Source: Syntrophales bacterium
Lineage (GTDB): Bacteria > Desulfobacterota > Syntrophia > Syntrophales > UBA2210
DNA: 64,000 nucleotides
Assembly: GCA_963666365.2 (NCBI GenBank)
Contig: CAXXNF010000002.1
Span: 1,824,001 to 1,888,000, forward strand
Reading direction: 5' to 3'
In this document: in pieces, positions 10,915 to 19,910 of the stretch
How positions within the stretch are numbered: position 1 is the stretch's first letter
Layout: each line of letters starts with the position of its first letter
Position numbers and translations under genes: made by a program
The notes under the pieces: model-generated
Told to the model about the DNA's origin: nothing
What the model saw: only the letters and a program-made list of their open reading frames with translations
Database searches by the model: none

Positions 10915-10977
10915 GACCGGTAGATCAAGCCGCCTGTTCGTCCGCCACAGAAGACGAAAGTCGCGGCCCCGTTCAGC
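10915..10977 (-). repeat. Long attC repeat, copy C (other half)
   Basis: GACCGGTAGATCAAGCCGC.TGTTCGTCCGCC...AGTCGCGGCCCCGTTC matches 30091-30160. Confidence 0.75.
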
Positions 10978-11038
10978 ATAACCGGCTGGTAAAAGCTGCG
11001 CCGCTTCGCTATGCAGCTTTTACCAGTCCGAGTTAATG
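10976..11038 (-). repeat. attC site
   Basis: GCATAAC; stem CTGGTAAAAGCTGC/GCAGCTTTTACCAG; GTTAATG. Confidence 0.75.
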
Positions 11039-11061
11039 CTGTTTTACTGCACCCATTTGAC

Positions 11062-11466
11062 CTACCTTGCAATTACATGGGTTGTGGTGACTTCAGCTAA
11101 CAGCTTATCTTTATTTCCAATCACACGGGTCCTGATAACAAGTACTGACTTCCCCTTACTCACAAATCGAGCCTCTGCCAAAATTTCTCCGTCTCTTTGG
11201 TTGCCGATCAGATTCGTATGAATATCTATTGCAAGAGGGAATCCTTTTCCGTTTTCCTCAATGGTTTGACCTTCAAGAGCAAGAACCGAAGCGGTAACAT
11301 CAGCCAACCATATCATCGCACCAGCCTGCACCGTGCCATAAGGATTCAAAACACCGGCGGTAACCGGCATACGACTAATAACGCAATCCGCGCTCCGCTT
11401 CTGGATATGAAAATCTATATATCCAGTTCTTTTAGCCGAGTTGATATGGTCTTGCAATTTACTCAT
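11062..11466 (-). CDS. PaaI-family (hotdog) thioesterase
   Basis: LNPYGTVQAGA...LAD motif. Confidence 0.85.
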   Translation of the reverse strand: MSKLQDHINSAKRTGYIDFHIQKRSADCVISRMPVTAGVLNPYGTVQAGAMIWLADVTASVLALEGQTIEENGKGFPLAIDIHTNLIGNQRDGEILAEARFVSKGKSVLVIRTRVIGNKDKLLAEVTTTHVIAR

Positions 11467-11498
11467 GATTACTCCATCGGAAAATAATTATCGATGTC

Positions 11499-11555
11499 TT
11501 CACCGACAGAAACGGAGTGCAGCGGAGTTTCTGCCGGGTGCGAGGCAAGGTTCAC
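11499..11555 (-). repeat. attC-like hairpin (partial)
   Basis: CACCGACAGAAAC...GTTTCTGCCGGGTG...GTTCACC overlapping the antitoxin stop codon. Confidence 0.55.
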
Positions 11556-11770
11556 CTCTTTCTTCCTTCCCGAATAATATCCATTATTTCTTGTGTGGTA
11601 ATTTTTGCTTTAATTGAAGGCACATCCAGGGGGGAAGAAACGACTTTTTCCGGAACCAGCGCAAAGGTCCTGCCGTCCTTTCTTCGGATGAGTACTTTTC
11701 CCGTGTTTTCTGCCTGATCAAAAATCATGGAAAGTTCTTGCCGCGCTTCAGAATATGTAAAAATCCGCAT
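11552..11770 (-). CDS. Phd/YefM-family antitoxin
   Basis: TYSEARQ.LS..FD.A...G.VLIRRKDG. Confidence 0.8.
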   Translation of the reverse strand: MRIFTYSEARQELSMIFDQAENTGKVLIRRKDGRTFALVPEKVVSSPLDVPSIKAKITTQEIMDIIREGRKR

Positions 11771-11860
11771 TTAAAACCTCCAGAGTTTCAACGTTACAAT
11801 TTGAGGCCGATGCGATCAGTTTTCTATCCAATGTCAATAAGGGAACCTTGCATCTGATTC
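11771..11860 (-). pseudogene. C-terminal remnant of a PIN-domain toxin
   Basis: Hand translation ...CKVPLLTLDRKLIASASNCNVETLEV directly upstream of the antitoxin. Confidence 0.55.
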
Positions 11861-11915
11861 AATCTTCAAAACCATCCCAGGATTATCGAACCTTTTTCCC
11901 TGTAGCCCGCGGCTT

Positions 11916-11981
11916 CTTGAACCATGGATTAGTACCGAGCTCTCGTTCCTCGACTCGGGACTAATCCTGTATTTGTTGGGC
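11916..11981 (-). repeat. attC site
   Basis: TTGAAC; stem GGATTAGT.CCGAG/CTCGGGACTAATCC; GTTGGGC pairs with ACCCAAC at 12661. Confidence 0.7.
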
Positions 11982-11987
11982 AAATAA

Positions 11988-12653
11988 TCAGTTAACGGCG
12001 TTACCCTCTCTACCCAGCATAATACTCTGTGAGAATACCCAGATTATTGAAATAAAGAAAGCCAACCATTCCCAAATTACAGGTGTATTCCTACTGACCA
12101 TTCCTCGTTCATGGAACCCGACAAGGATGGCAAAGACTAAATATACAACCACCAACAGGAAGCACAAGAAAGGAAGAATTTTAGGAATACCTTTTAACGA
12201 TAATTCCTTAATGCCAATGATGGTTTGAAGAATGACAACGCCCAGAAAATATAGCGGGATACCCATTTTGTGAATTGCAGCAGACACATTATAAGGTACG
12301 GCGGTCATGATGACCGTGCCCGCAGTGGAAACCAAAGCAATCATTAGGGTCGTGACAATGAACGCCCGGCCTGCACCTGATTGGCCAAGCCGGAGGATTA
12401 ACAGGACAATAACAAGATACCGTATTGGTGCCGCAATGAGGGTGCCGGCATTGAATGTGATCTGCGGCCAACCAGCTGTGGCCCCAATATCACTTAAAAA
12501 TGTGCTAAAAATTGAGAAGTCTGAATGTCCTGGAAGATACACAAGAGTTGCAATTAAAACAACGAGTATTCCCCAAATGCCTGCGATTATTCCGACCAGC
12601 CTCAAAGCAGACGGAATATGAATAACTACTCTATTAATCTGATTTGCATGCAT
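11988..12653 (-). CDS. DUF998-like membrane protein (cassette gene)
   Basis: LSDIG, conserved His, C-terminal WEW; multiple TM helices. Confidence 0.65.
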   Translation of the reverse strand: MHANQINRVVIHIPSALRLVGIIAGIWGILVVLIATLVYLPGHSDFSIFSTFLSDIGATAGWPQITFNAGTLIAAPIRYLVIVLLILRLGQSGAGRAFIVTTLMIALVSTAGTVIMTAVPYNVSAAIHKMGIPLYFLGVVILQTIIGIKELSLKGIPKILPFLCFLLVVVYLVFAILVGFHERGMVSRNTPVIWEWLAFFISIIWVFSQSIMLGREGNAVN

Positions 12654-12709
12654 TTCTCACACCCAACGCTGGATTGTCCTCTGTGACACCCGGAGCATCA
12701 AAGTCGGTA

Positions 12710-13135
12710 TCACCTGGCTGGCTCGTCCGCCCAGGATTCATGTGAATGTATAATCTGCCAGCCCTGTTGACCTTTCTTCCATATCAGTGTGAATACATGT
12801 TCGGATATGGTAGTCTGACCGCCCTTCATCTGCATGTCGACCCTCTCTTGACTCGTGAGCAGGGCTGTATCCGGAGCAATAGGAGTAACCTGCACTTCGT
12901 GCAACTCCAAATACTGACTTTCTCTCATGGAGAAGTTGGACGCTATCACCTGAACCCAGTCACCTCGCGTGCCAAACAAGACTCCCCCTGCAACGGTGGA
13001 AACAAACTCATCCCTGCTATAGCATTTCTCCCAGAGAGCAATATCCTTCTGGTTTATTGCGGCTACCATCTGTGCAAATCTTTCAGTTACTTCCTTCACG
13101 ATGCGTGCCTTATCCAAGTCAATGGATGATTCCAT
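12710..13135 (-). CDS. NTF2/SnoaL-like (DUF4440) protein
   Basis: FTLIWKK...GWQIIHSHES C-terminus; upstream signal-like extension from ATG 13231 broken by TGA at 13184-13186. Confidence 0.75.
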   Translation of the reverse strand: MESSIDLDKARIVKEVTERFAQMVAAINQKDIALWEKCYSRDEFVSTVAGGVLFGTRGDWVQVIASNFSMRESQYLELHEVQVTPIAPDTALLTSQERVDMQMKGGQTTISEHVFTLIWKKGQQGWQIIHSHESWADEPAR

Positions 13136-13267
13136 GAGAGTCCTCCTTTCAGTGTTCCGAGTCCATTCAGCCAGTGCAGAAAGTCAACAGACAAATGTTG
13201 TCACAATAACTGCCAGGATATTCGTCTTCATGACTCTTGCCTTTTCCCTTCCACATCTCATTAGCGA

Positions 13268-13340
13268 ACATAACGCCTGTTTAACCCGCTTTTTTCAATG
13301 CGTAGCGGCGAAAAATATGGGGTTGAAACATCTGTTGAGC
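13268..13340 (-). repeat. attC site
   Basis: ACATAAC; TGTTTAACCC/GGGTTGAAACA stem; GTTGAGC. Confidence 0.75.
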
Positions 13341-13358
13341 CTGTCTTCCTTTAAAATT

Positions 13359-14105
13359 TTACAATTCGTACAGCCTCCTGTATTTGTCGTACTGACGTTT
13401 CAAAATATCTTTTCTCCGCTCCGATCCGTGAGCGGGAAGATAGATTCCGCAACCGGTATCGAGAAGTTTTTTCCAACTTTCAACCATCATTCCTACGTCA
13501 TCCGCGAATGGAGGAAATACCGAACCTGCAAAGACTCCAAACATCGCATCGCCAACAATGGCTATTTCGTCGTCGATTATTACGCTGATCGACCCCGGCG
13601 TATGACCGGGCGTATGGAGAATGTATCCGGGAAATCCAAAGGGTTCCAGTCCAAATTCCCCGTCCACCGAAAAATCGTAATCGGTCGGTTCGTATCCAAG
13701 CCGCTCAATCAGTTTTGTTTTGTACAATATTCTGCTCAAAATCTTTGTTAAAAACACTGTTCCGCCAATTCTTGGATTTTCACCATTCTTCAAATAGTCC
13801 CCTTCACTTTTGTGGACGATAACAGAAGCCTTGTAGGCTTTCTTGAATTTTGCTGCGTTTTCGGCATGATCGAAATGGCAGTGGGTCAATATGAGGGAAA
13901 CGGGCAAATCTTCTTTCACTCCAAGTTTACCGAGGTTTCCCTCCAGGCATTTCCAACTCTTTTCCCTTCCCGTATCTATTAGAAGAAATCTGTTTTCCTT
14001 TGAAACCAGATAACAATTGCACCTTCCCCACAAAACCCTGTGGATCATAACACCGTTTCTAGTAGTCCAGTATTTCATTTTTTGTACTGTTGATGCTCGT
14101 TCCAT
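13359..14105 (-). CDS. MBL-fold metallo-hydrolase
   Basis: THCHFDH, TPGHTPGS, GDA, PAHG; start moved inside the cassette boundary at 14122. Confidence 0.85.
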   Translation of the reverse strand: MERASTVQKMKYWTTRNGVMIHRVLWGRCNCYLVSKENRFLLIDTGREKSWKCLEGNLGKLGVKEDLPVSLILTHCHFDHAENAAKFKKAYKASVIVHKSEGDYLKNGENPRIGGTVFLTKILSRILYKTKLIERLGYEPTDYDFSVDGEFGLEPFGFPGYILHTPGHTPGSISVIIDDEIAIVGDAMFGVFAGSVFPPFADDVGMMVESWKKLLDTGCGIYLPAHGSERRKDILKRQYDKYRRLYEL

Positions 14106-14121
14106 AGAAATAGTAATTCCT

Positions 14122-14185
14122 ACCCAACGAAAGAGAACAGGGGGGCGGGTGGCAGCCCGCGTCCTTCTGGATTGAAGGGTGCGGC
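14122..14185 (-). repeat. attC site (degenerate)
   Basis: ACCCAAC...GCGGGTGGCAGCCCGC loop shared with the attC at 30182-30245. Confidence 0.65.
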
Positions 14186-14189
14186 TCTT

Positions 14190-14594
14190 TAACAATTTAC
14201 CCGAATTACTTCAGCGTGCAATTTCAAGCCGAGGGCATGCAAAACTTTCAAGATGGTGTCAAACCCTGGGCTTCTTTCTCCAGAAAGCGCTTTGTAAAGA
14301 CTTTCCCTGGAAAATAGCTTTCCATCTGAACGGGCAAGAACCCAGATGTCGTTTTGTGATGGACGTGAACCTCCGGGTAATGGAAACCTGATGCTCTGGT
14401 AGAGCTAGTAACAATTCTGTTGATGGAAACTGAGTTTCAAGAACTGAAGCAACCTCTGAAGGGAAACCATTGGCCTCTTGCCATGAGTAAGCAAGGATAC
14501 GAACGGAATAGCCCTGTCGCCAGTGTTTGTCTGGCTCGGCCAGAAACTGCGCCCACTGCTCTGCGTTTGAAGTTTGGATATAAATTTTGCTCAT
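14190..14594 (-). pseudogene. DUF6946-like (PD-(D/E)XK-like) protein, frameshifted and truncated
   Basis: W...LAEPDKHWRQGYS...LAYSW...GFP..V; after PEHQVS the similarity shifts frame (PGGSRPSQNDIWVL). Confidence 0.55.
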
Positions 14595-14975
14595 GCAGCT
14601 ATAAACTCACTTCAGAGGGCTAGCAAGTCATTTATTCGGGTGTGTTATACAGAAACTACATAACGCACTCCCTCCCCGTACTGACGGTCACAATAATCCG
14701 AGCTGCTCGCCAAAAAACAAAAGCCCTGCTTCTCTTTTTGAAAAACAGGGCTGTTACCGGCAAGCCATATCTCCTCCTTTTTATCTCATACGAAGGACCA
14801 ATCTTTTGTGATTACATACACCTCATCGTATTGTTGTCAACTTATTTTTGCTATTTTGATGAAGTTCTTGCCTGTCCATCCAGTCAAAGGTACCTCTTTT
14901 CAAGAAAATTCAGGGTTAAAAAGGAATAACAATAGAAGGCCGCGTCAAATCAGTATAGGAGTCTGTATCTGGAAC

Positions 14976-15060
14976 ATTCCAGGGACAGTATACTTAATTT
15001 TACATCATCGGGTATTCACAAAGACTGCCTCAGTTGAATTAAGTATACTGTCCCTGGAAT
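14976..15060. mobile_element. Non-autonomous mini element (REPIN/MITE-like) with perfect 24-bp inverted repeats
   Basis: ATTCCAGGGACAGTATACTTAATT (14976-14999) and its exact complement (15037-15060), 37-bp spacer; resembles the IRs at 22249/22877. Confidence 0.8.
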
Positions 15061-15274
15061 TCAATTCAAAAAAGACCGACGCCGGTTTAAATTCGGGCGT
15101 TAGCGCCTTGATAATCTCGTCTTCTTTCCGGGTACGGTCAAGCGGAGCGAGTAGACGCACCGGTAACGCGCCATACACAATAAACGTGTCGGTTTCACAC
15201 AAAAGCGCTGCCGAGGTCCCGCTTAGCGCGATATGGCTGAAACGAGAACTGAATTGATATACTGGATTTACCAC
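15059..15274 (-). pseudogene. Truncated duplicate of the ycaO 5' end
   Basis: Near-identical to 21896-22111; cut off at the mini-element IR. Confidence 0.9.
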
Positions 15275-15291
15275 AGCAGGCAATCGGTCGG

Positions 15292-15543
15292 TTAACACCA
15301 AATTGAAGCTGCCACCCGCTCTTCCAGATTATCGAGGTTGGTCTCGCCTTCCTCCATATGCGGGATAACGAGGATCTCCTCGTTGGGGGCTTCTTCGAGA
15401 ACCCTGATTTTTACATAATCGGGAATTTCGACGTTCTCGCTCCTCAATACTGCGATTGGATCGCTGATGAGCCGTTGCTTGTACTCAGCATCGCCCCACG
15501 CTTTGGCTACAACCTTGGCCCACAGCTTGTTCATATCATTCAT
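15292..15543 (-). CDS. NHLP-leader RiPP precursor (83 aa), ending ...LEERVAA-SIWC
   Basis: VVAKAWGD..YKQRLISDP..VL...V.IP nitrile-hydratase-like leader; GGAGG RBS. Confidence 0.85.
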   Translation of the reverse strand: MNDMNKLWAKVVAKAWGDAEYKQRLISDPIAVLRSENVEIPDYVKIRVLEEAPNEEILVIPHMEEGETNLDNLEERVAASIWC

Positions 15544-15908
15544 TACTGATACCTCCACTATGGAATTTATCTGCTTGCGAAGCAATCTTCTAGCAAGTTT
15601 AATATGTTGGCTCTATATCACCTGGGATATTGCAATGCAAGATTAAACTACATACTTCAGAGTTGCAGCTCTGAGATCGTTTTTTCATCTGGAGCTATAG
15701 ATATGCCTTGACGAGGGATCAGAGATGTAGAATAAGTCAACAACTTAACATCAGAACGTTTCCGGGGTTCCCAACGTGCTTCTTTTTGGCCGCTGGTTGA
15801 CGCCTGATTTTGGGCAATGCTACAATTGCATCGGTCATGGCGGTAAGAAAGTGAATGTTTGATCCCGGTATGAGATGCGCCGAGCTGTCTTTTCCTATTA
15901 ACTGAATT

Positions 15909-18044
15909 ATGAAGGTTTCGGATATGAAGAACCGAAGAGTTATGCTTATAAACGCGTGTAATCCTCCGGTTAACCTCACCTATCCTTATTCATTTGTTCA
16001 AGTGGGCGAGGTGGCCGACCGCTTTGGAATTGTCATCCAGTCCATTGAACTCTTCGGCATTCCGGAAAATGAATGGGCGCAATTCCTGTGCTCCCGTCAG
16101 GAGGAATTTCGTCCGGATCTGATCGGAGTCACCCTCCGGAATACCGACTCCATGCTCTCCAGCGATTACATCCGGCGACCCCGGAACCGGGAGTATCTTT
16201 GCCCTTTTCAGGCCACCTTCTTAGAAGGGGCGCTGGAGGGGTTCTCTCCTTACTTTCCTGTCCACACCACCCGGCGACTGATTAAAATCCTGCGCCGAAT
16301 CACGGACCTTCCGGTCGTGGTCGGGGGCTACGGTTTCTCGGTGATGCCGGAACGTATGATGGATTTTCTTCGGCCCGACTACGGGGTGAGGGGCGGACCT
16401 GACGGCTTCTTTGAGAATTTCGAGGATATCCTCTCCCGCCAACGACTTCTGGAAGTACCCAATCTGCTCTATTGGGAGGGCGAGGAGCTTTGCGCCGGAC
16501 CGCTTCGTTTCTTCGGCCCGGCTCCACGGCGGGAATACAACGAGGAAAATATTCGAGACCGCGCCCGCTTCCTAGCTGCCCGCTATCTCCCAATTTCTCC
16601 CCTTTCCCGGTCGGTTCCGCTTGAGATCATCCGGGGCTGCCCCAACCGGTGTGCTTACTGTTCCGAACCCCTGGTCAAGGGCAGACAACTCCAGTACCGG
16701 GACCGGGAGGTGATCCGGGAAGAGATTGAGTTTCTGGGGCGGCACGGCTTGAATCTCCTCTGGTTCATCTGTTCGGAGATGAACACGGAAGGGAACCAGT
16801 TCATGCTGGAGCTGGCCGAGGATATGATCCGGATTAATGAGAAACGGGATGACGCTGAAAAGGTGAAGTGGTATGGGTACTATCTCCTTACCCTTTCCCC
16901 GGACGAGCTCGGTCTCTTGAGACGTTCGGGTTTCCTGGGGGGGTGGAACGATATCGTCTCATTAGATGATTCGAACCTCTCGCGGATGGGATTCCCGTGC
17001 CAGAGCAAGAACCAGATCGAGAACCTCTTTCAGATGACGGTTTTTGCCCGGGATGATTTAAAACGGAAGGGAAAGAAATCGATGACACCGGAAGAACGGC
17101 TTTTTTACGATCCGAACCATCGGGGCACCTTTGGGATGGATAATATCTGCAATCGCGGTTGGAGCCTCTTTCTCGGCAACCCGGAGACCACGGCCGAGAC
17201 CATCCGGATTACTCTGGAAAAGTTCGACCGGAAGGGATTAGCAGATTACTACGATGTGTGTTTTATCTCCCGGGCGACCAGGGTTTACGATTACATAGAT
17301 GGGATAGATCCGGAGCGCGACCGTCTCTGCTCTTTCACGCCCTCGGGTGCGGCGGCAACAGTTGATTATGTCAATCCTACCTTCTGTTTTCCGCATGATC
17401 TGCTCGCCCGGCTCGGTTCCCCCGAAGAGATAGAAAGCTTATTTACCTTGTTGGAGAATACCTATTTCTCCCGTCACCACCTATTTCAGAAGGATTGGAA
17501 CTGGTTTTTGAATCGAAACTCCAGCCCGGCGCGGTTCGGGAGAGCTTTCCGGGATGCTCTCTCCCGGGCTCGACCTCCCTTTCCAGGGGATCTCAGCCGG
17601 CTTGGTGAGGTGCGAAAATTTTTCGATTACCTGTCTGGAGATCCGTGCCCGGAACGGATCGGGTTGCTCTTCAATCCGACCCCCGGCCGGAAACACCTTC
17701 TTAATCTCGCCGCTTGGGGCGCCATTCGTTTTGTGCTCTCCCAGCACCGGGAAGAGTTGGCCCCGGTCCGGCAAATCTTGGCTCTGCCGGATTCTTACCC
17801 GGGTGGGGTGGAGCCCTCTGAGTTCCGGGTTGCCCGCTTGATCTATCGGCGGTTTGACTCCGAACGGCAGCTTCGAAAAGCTCTTCGTTCCGAACCCGGC
17901 CTCCGGCGGGGAAAACTTGAAGATCTTTTGCTGGAATATCTGCTCTATAGGAATAACCTGGTCTTACGGCCGGACTACCGCCCCTTTTTCCTGACCGAAG
18001 ATTCGTTCGGGGAGAGCGGGCTGGATGATGAAGAGTTAACTTAA
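15909..18044 (+). CDS. Cobalamin-binding radical SAM enzyme
   Basis: N-terminal PDLIGVTLRN...VVVGG B12-domain features; RGCPNRCAYC (CxxxCxxC). Confidence 0.8.
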   Translation: MKVSDMKNRRVMLINACNPPVNLTYPYSFVQVGEVADRFGIVIQSIELFGIPENEWAQFLCSRQEEFRPDLIGVTLRNTDSMLSSDYIRRPRNREYLCPFQATFLEGALEGFSPYFPVHTTRRLIKILRRITDLPVVVGGYGFSVMPERMMDFLRPDYGVRGGPDGFFENFEDILSRQRLLEVPNLLYWEGEELCAGPLRFFGPAPRREYNEENIRDRARFLAARYLPISPLSRSVPLEIIRGCPNRCAYCSEPLVKGRQLQYRDREVIREEIEFLGRHGLNLLWFICSEMNTEGNQFMLELAEDMIRINEKRDDAEKVKWYGYYLLTLSPDELGLLRRSGFLGGWNDIVSLDDSNLSRMGFPCQSKNQIENLFQMTVFARDDLKRKGKKSMTPEERLFYDPNHRGTFGMDNICNRGWSLFLGNPETTAETIRITLEKFDRKGLADYYDVCFISRATRVYDYIDGIDPERDRLCSFTPSGAAATVDYVNPTFCFPHDLLARLGSPEEIESLFTLLENTYFSRHHLFQKDWNWFLNRNSSPARFGRAFRDALSRARPPFPGDLSRLGEVRKFFDYLSGDPCPERIGLLFNPTPGRKHLLNLAAWGAIRFVLSQHREELAPVRQILALPDSYPGGVEPSEFRVARLIYRRFDSERQLRKALRSEPGLRRGKLEDLLLEYLLYRNNLVLRPDYRPFFLTEDSFGESGLDDEELT

Positions 18045-18200
18045 TGCCCGGTACCGCTGCAAAAAATCAGTATCTCGCACCAAAATCCACACTTGGCAGG
18101 GTTATGGTAAAATGTGCAAATACGTCCCACTATCCCATGTTTGGCTTCCGGCCCGATCATGAATCTGGGCGAGTTGTCCCTTGGTAGTCATTGGGGCCTA

Positions 18201-19910
18201 TTACAATTCAAAGTCGCGGTGCGTAACCGCATAATATTGGGAATAGACAAACCGCACCAGGACAACCAGGGCGAAGACCAGGGTGAGCGGCGCCAGCGCC
18301 TGTAGCAGTCTGTTCTCGGCCGCATGGTGCGTGATGAATTCATAGAACGGCAGCAGGAAAAAGATGACGGTGAACACGGTCCCGAGTAGGCCGTACCCCA
18401 ACAAGAACGCCCGGTTCACGCCCGCGAATTCTTCCGCCTGGGCCGGCTCGGTGGTACCGCACAACCGGAAGACCAGGTAGCGCAAGTAGCGGAAGGAGCG
18501 GGAGCGCAGGTTCTTGATCCCGGACCAATCCATGAGCACGTAATATCCGTCCAGGCGCAGGAACGGGTTGAGGTTGAAGAGCAGGGAGATATAGCAGATG
18601 CAGGCTAGGGCCAGCACGAGCGTATCGAGGCCCGGCAGTACGGACGAGATGAAAAAGCTGCACCAGAAAAGACAGCTGCCCAGGGCAAAAGTCGTAAGCG
18701 GACCGGCCAGGGAAATAATAGCCCGCTGCCGCCAGTCCTTTAAACGCCAGGAGGAAGAGACATCGCAATAGAAGATAAAGGCCGCCAGGTAGAACATTAA
18801 GCCGAGACGGTAGATGCGGCAGCCGTAATGTTTGCTGGCCACGCCGTGCCCAAACTCGTGGATGATGACGATGAAAAAGAGTCCCAGGTAGACCAGGGCA
18901 AACAAAGTCGGGTTTGAGGAAACGAGCAGCGGCAGGTGCTTGGCCTGTTCCACGATCCGCGTCTGGTCGAGCCACAGCGGCACCAGCCCGGAGAGTGCGA
19001 TCAGGAGCATCAGGAAAAAGCCGGCCGGCGTTGCCAGGAAGCCGAGGCTGTGGTACACCGCGGTGACGGCGCGGTCGGCGTGACGGATGGAAAAATCCGG
19101 GTTAAGAAACCGCAGTAGCACGCGTTTGGCGCCGGGGGTGGACCTTTGCCCTTCGGTCTCGTCCAGCATTCCTTCCGCTTCCAATTTTTTATAGAGCGCT
19201 TCCAAGCGAGAAGGATGGATGAGTCCGTGTTCGTCAACAAAGCGCAGGTAGAGCTCGCGCACGGTGACGCTGCCGTCGAAGCGGCTGGCGAACCACGCAT
19301 ACTGCCAGTCAAGCTCCAGAATCTTGCCGGTACCGGTATCTTTTAGCAGGGCTCTGCCCGGAGCGCCGCTGGCGGGCGGTTCTCCGCCGTCAACGATTAT
19401 GCGCGGCAACAGCCGCGGCGCCACGCTGAGCACCCAGAGCTGCTTTTCAGCATGGGCGGGTCGGAAGTATCGCTCCATAATAAACTTTTGCTCTTTGCTG
19501 CTTCGGAAAAGGCGGACCCGGTCCATCCAGTGCTTTACCTGATGCAGCCAGAGGGTGTCGGTGTTGATATCTTCCAGATCGATATCGCCGGTGCCCAGAG
19601 TGAATTCTCCAAGCAGTTCCGGGGCCAGGGGAAGCCCGTTGCGGTAATGTACTTCGATCCGTAGTTTTTCGGCCAGGATGGCCATCTCGATTTTGATTAC
19701 CTCGCCCGGCGCCTGCCGCAGCAGCTCGCCGTATACTTCTTCAATGGCCGCGAGCACGGCCTGGTAAAATACCGGCGACAGGTCTAAACGGTGCAGCAAT
19801 GTGCTGGCGAGGTCAAAGATCGTTGTGAAGTTGTCGGCGGTAACCTCGCCGGTATAGGTCATCCTGGTTGCGGTTGGGACCGCGCGGTTTGGTTTCACCG
19901 GCTTCGCCAA
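18201..19910 (-). CDS. M50 (site-2) membrane metalloprotease with PqqD/RRE-like domain and degenerate HATPase-like N-terminus
   Basis: HEFGH, LAGP, NLNPFLRLDGY; FDGSVTVREL...L.AEGML RRE-like segment. Confidence 0.8.
   Translation of the reverse strand: MAKPVKPNRAVPTATRMTYTGEVTADNFTTIFDLASTLLHRLDLSPVFYQAVLAAIEEVYGELLRQAPGEVIKIEMAILAEKLRIEVHYRNGLPLAPELLGEFTLGTGDIDLEDINTDTLWLHQVKHWMDRVRLFRSSKEQKFIMERYFRPAHAEKQLWVLSVAPRLLPRIIVDGGEPPASGAPGRALLKDTGTGKILELDWQYAWFASRFDGSVTVRELYLRFVDEHGLIHPSRLEALYKKLEAEGMLDETEGQRSTPGAKRVLLRFLNPDFSIRHADRAVTAVYHSLGFLATPAGFFLMLLIALSGLVPLWLDQTRIVEQAKHLPLLVSSNPTLFALVYLGLFFIVIIHEFGHGVASKHYGCRIYRLGLMFYLAAFIFYCDVSSSWRLKDWRQRAIISLAGPLTTFALGSCLFWCSFFISSVLPGLDTLVLALACICYISLLFNLNPFLRLDGYYVLMDWSGIKNLRSRSFRYLRYLVFRLCGTTEPAQAEEFAGVNRAFLLGYGLLGTVFTVIFFLLPFYEFITHHAAENRLLQALAPLTLVFALVVLVRFVYSQYYAVTHRDFEL

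Noticed and set aside
13184..13186. In-frame TGA as selenocysteine
   Set aside because: It lies in a signal-peptide-like stretch with no redox motif or evident SECIS, in a region with many lesions
15736..15801. Possible attC (GTCAAC...GTTGAC) between the precursor and radical SAM genes
   Set aside because: Internal arms pair poorly and no complementary partner cassette end was found
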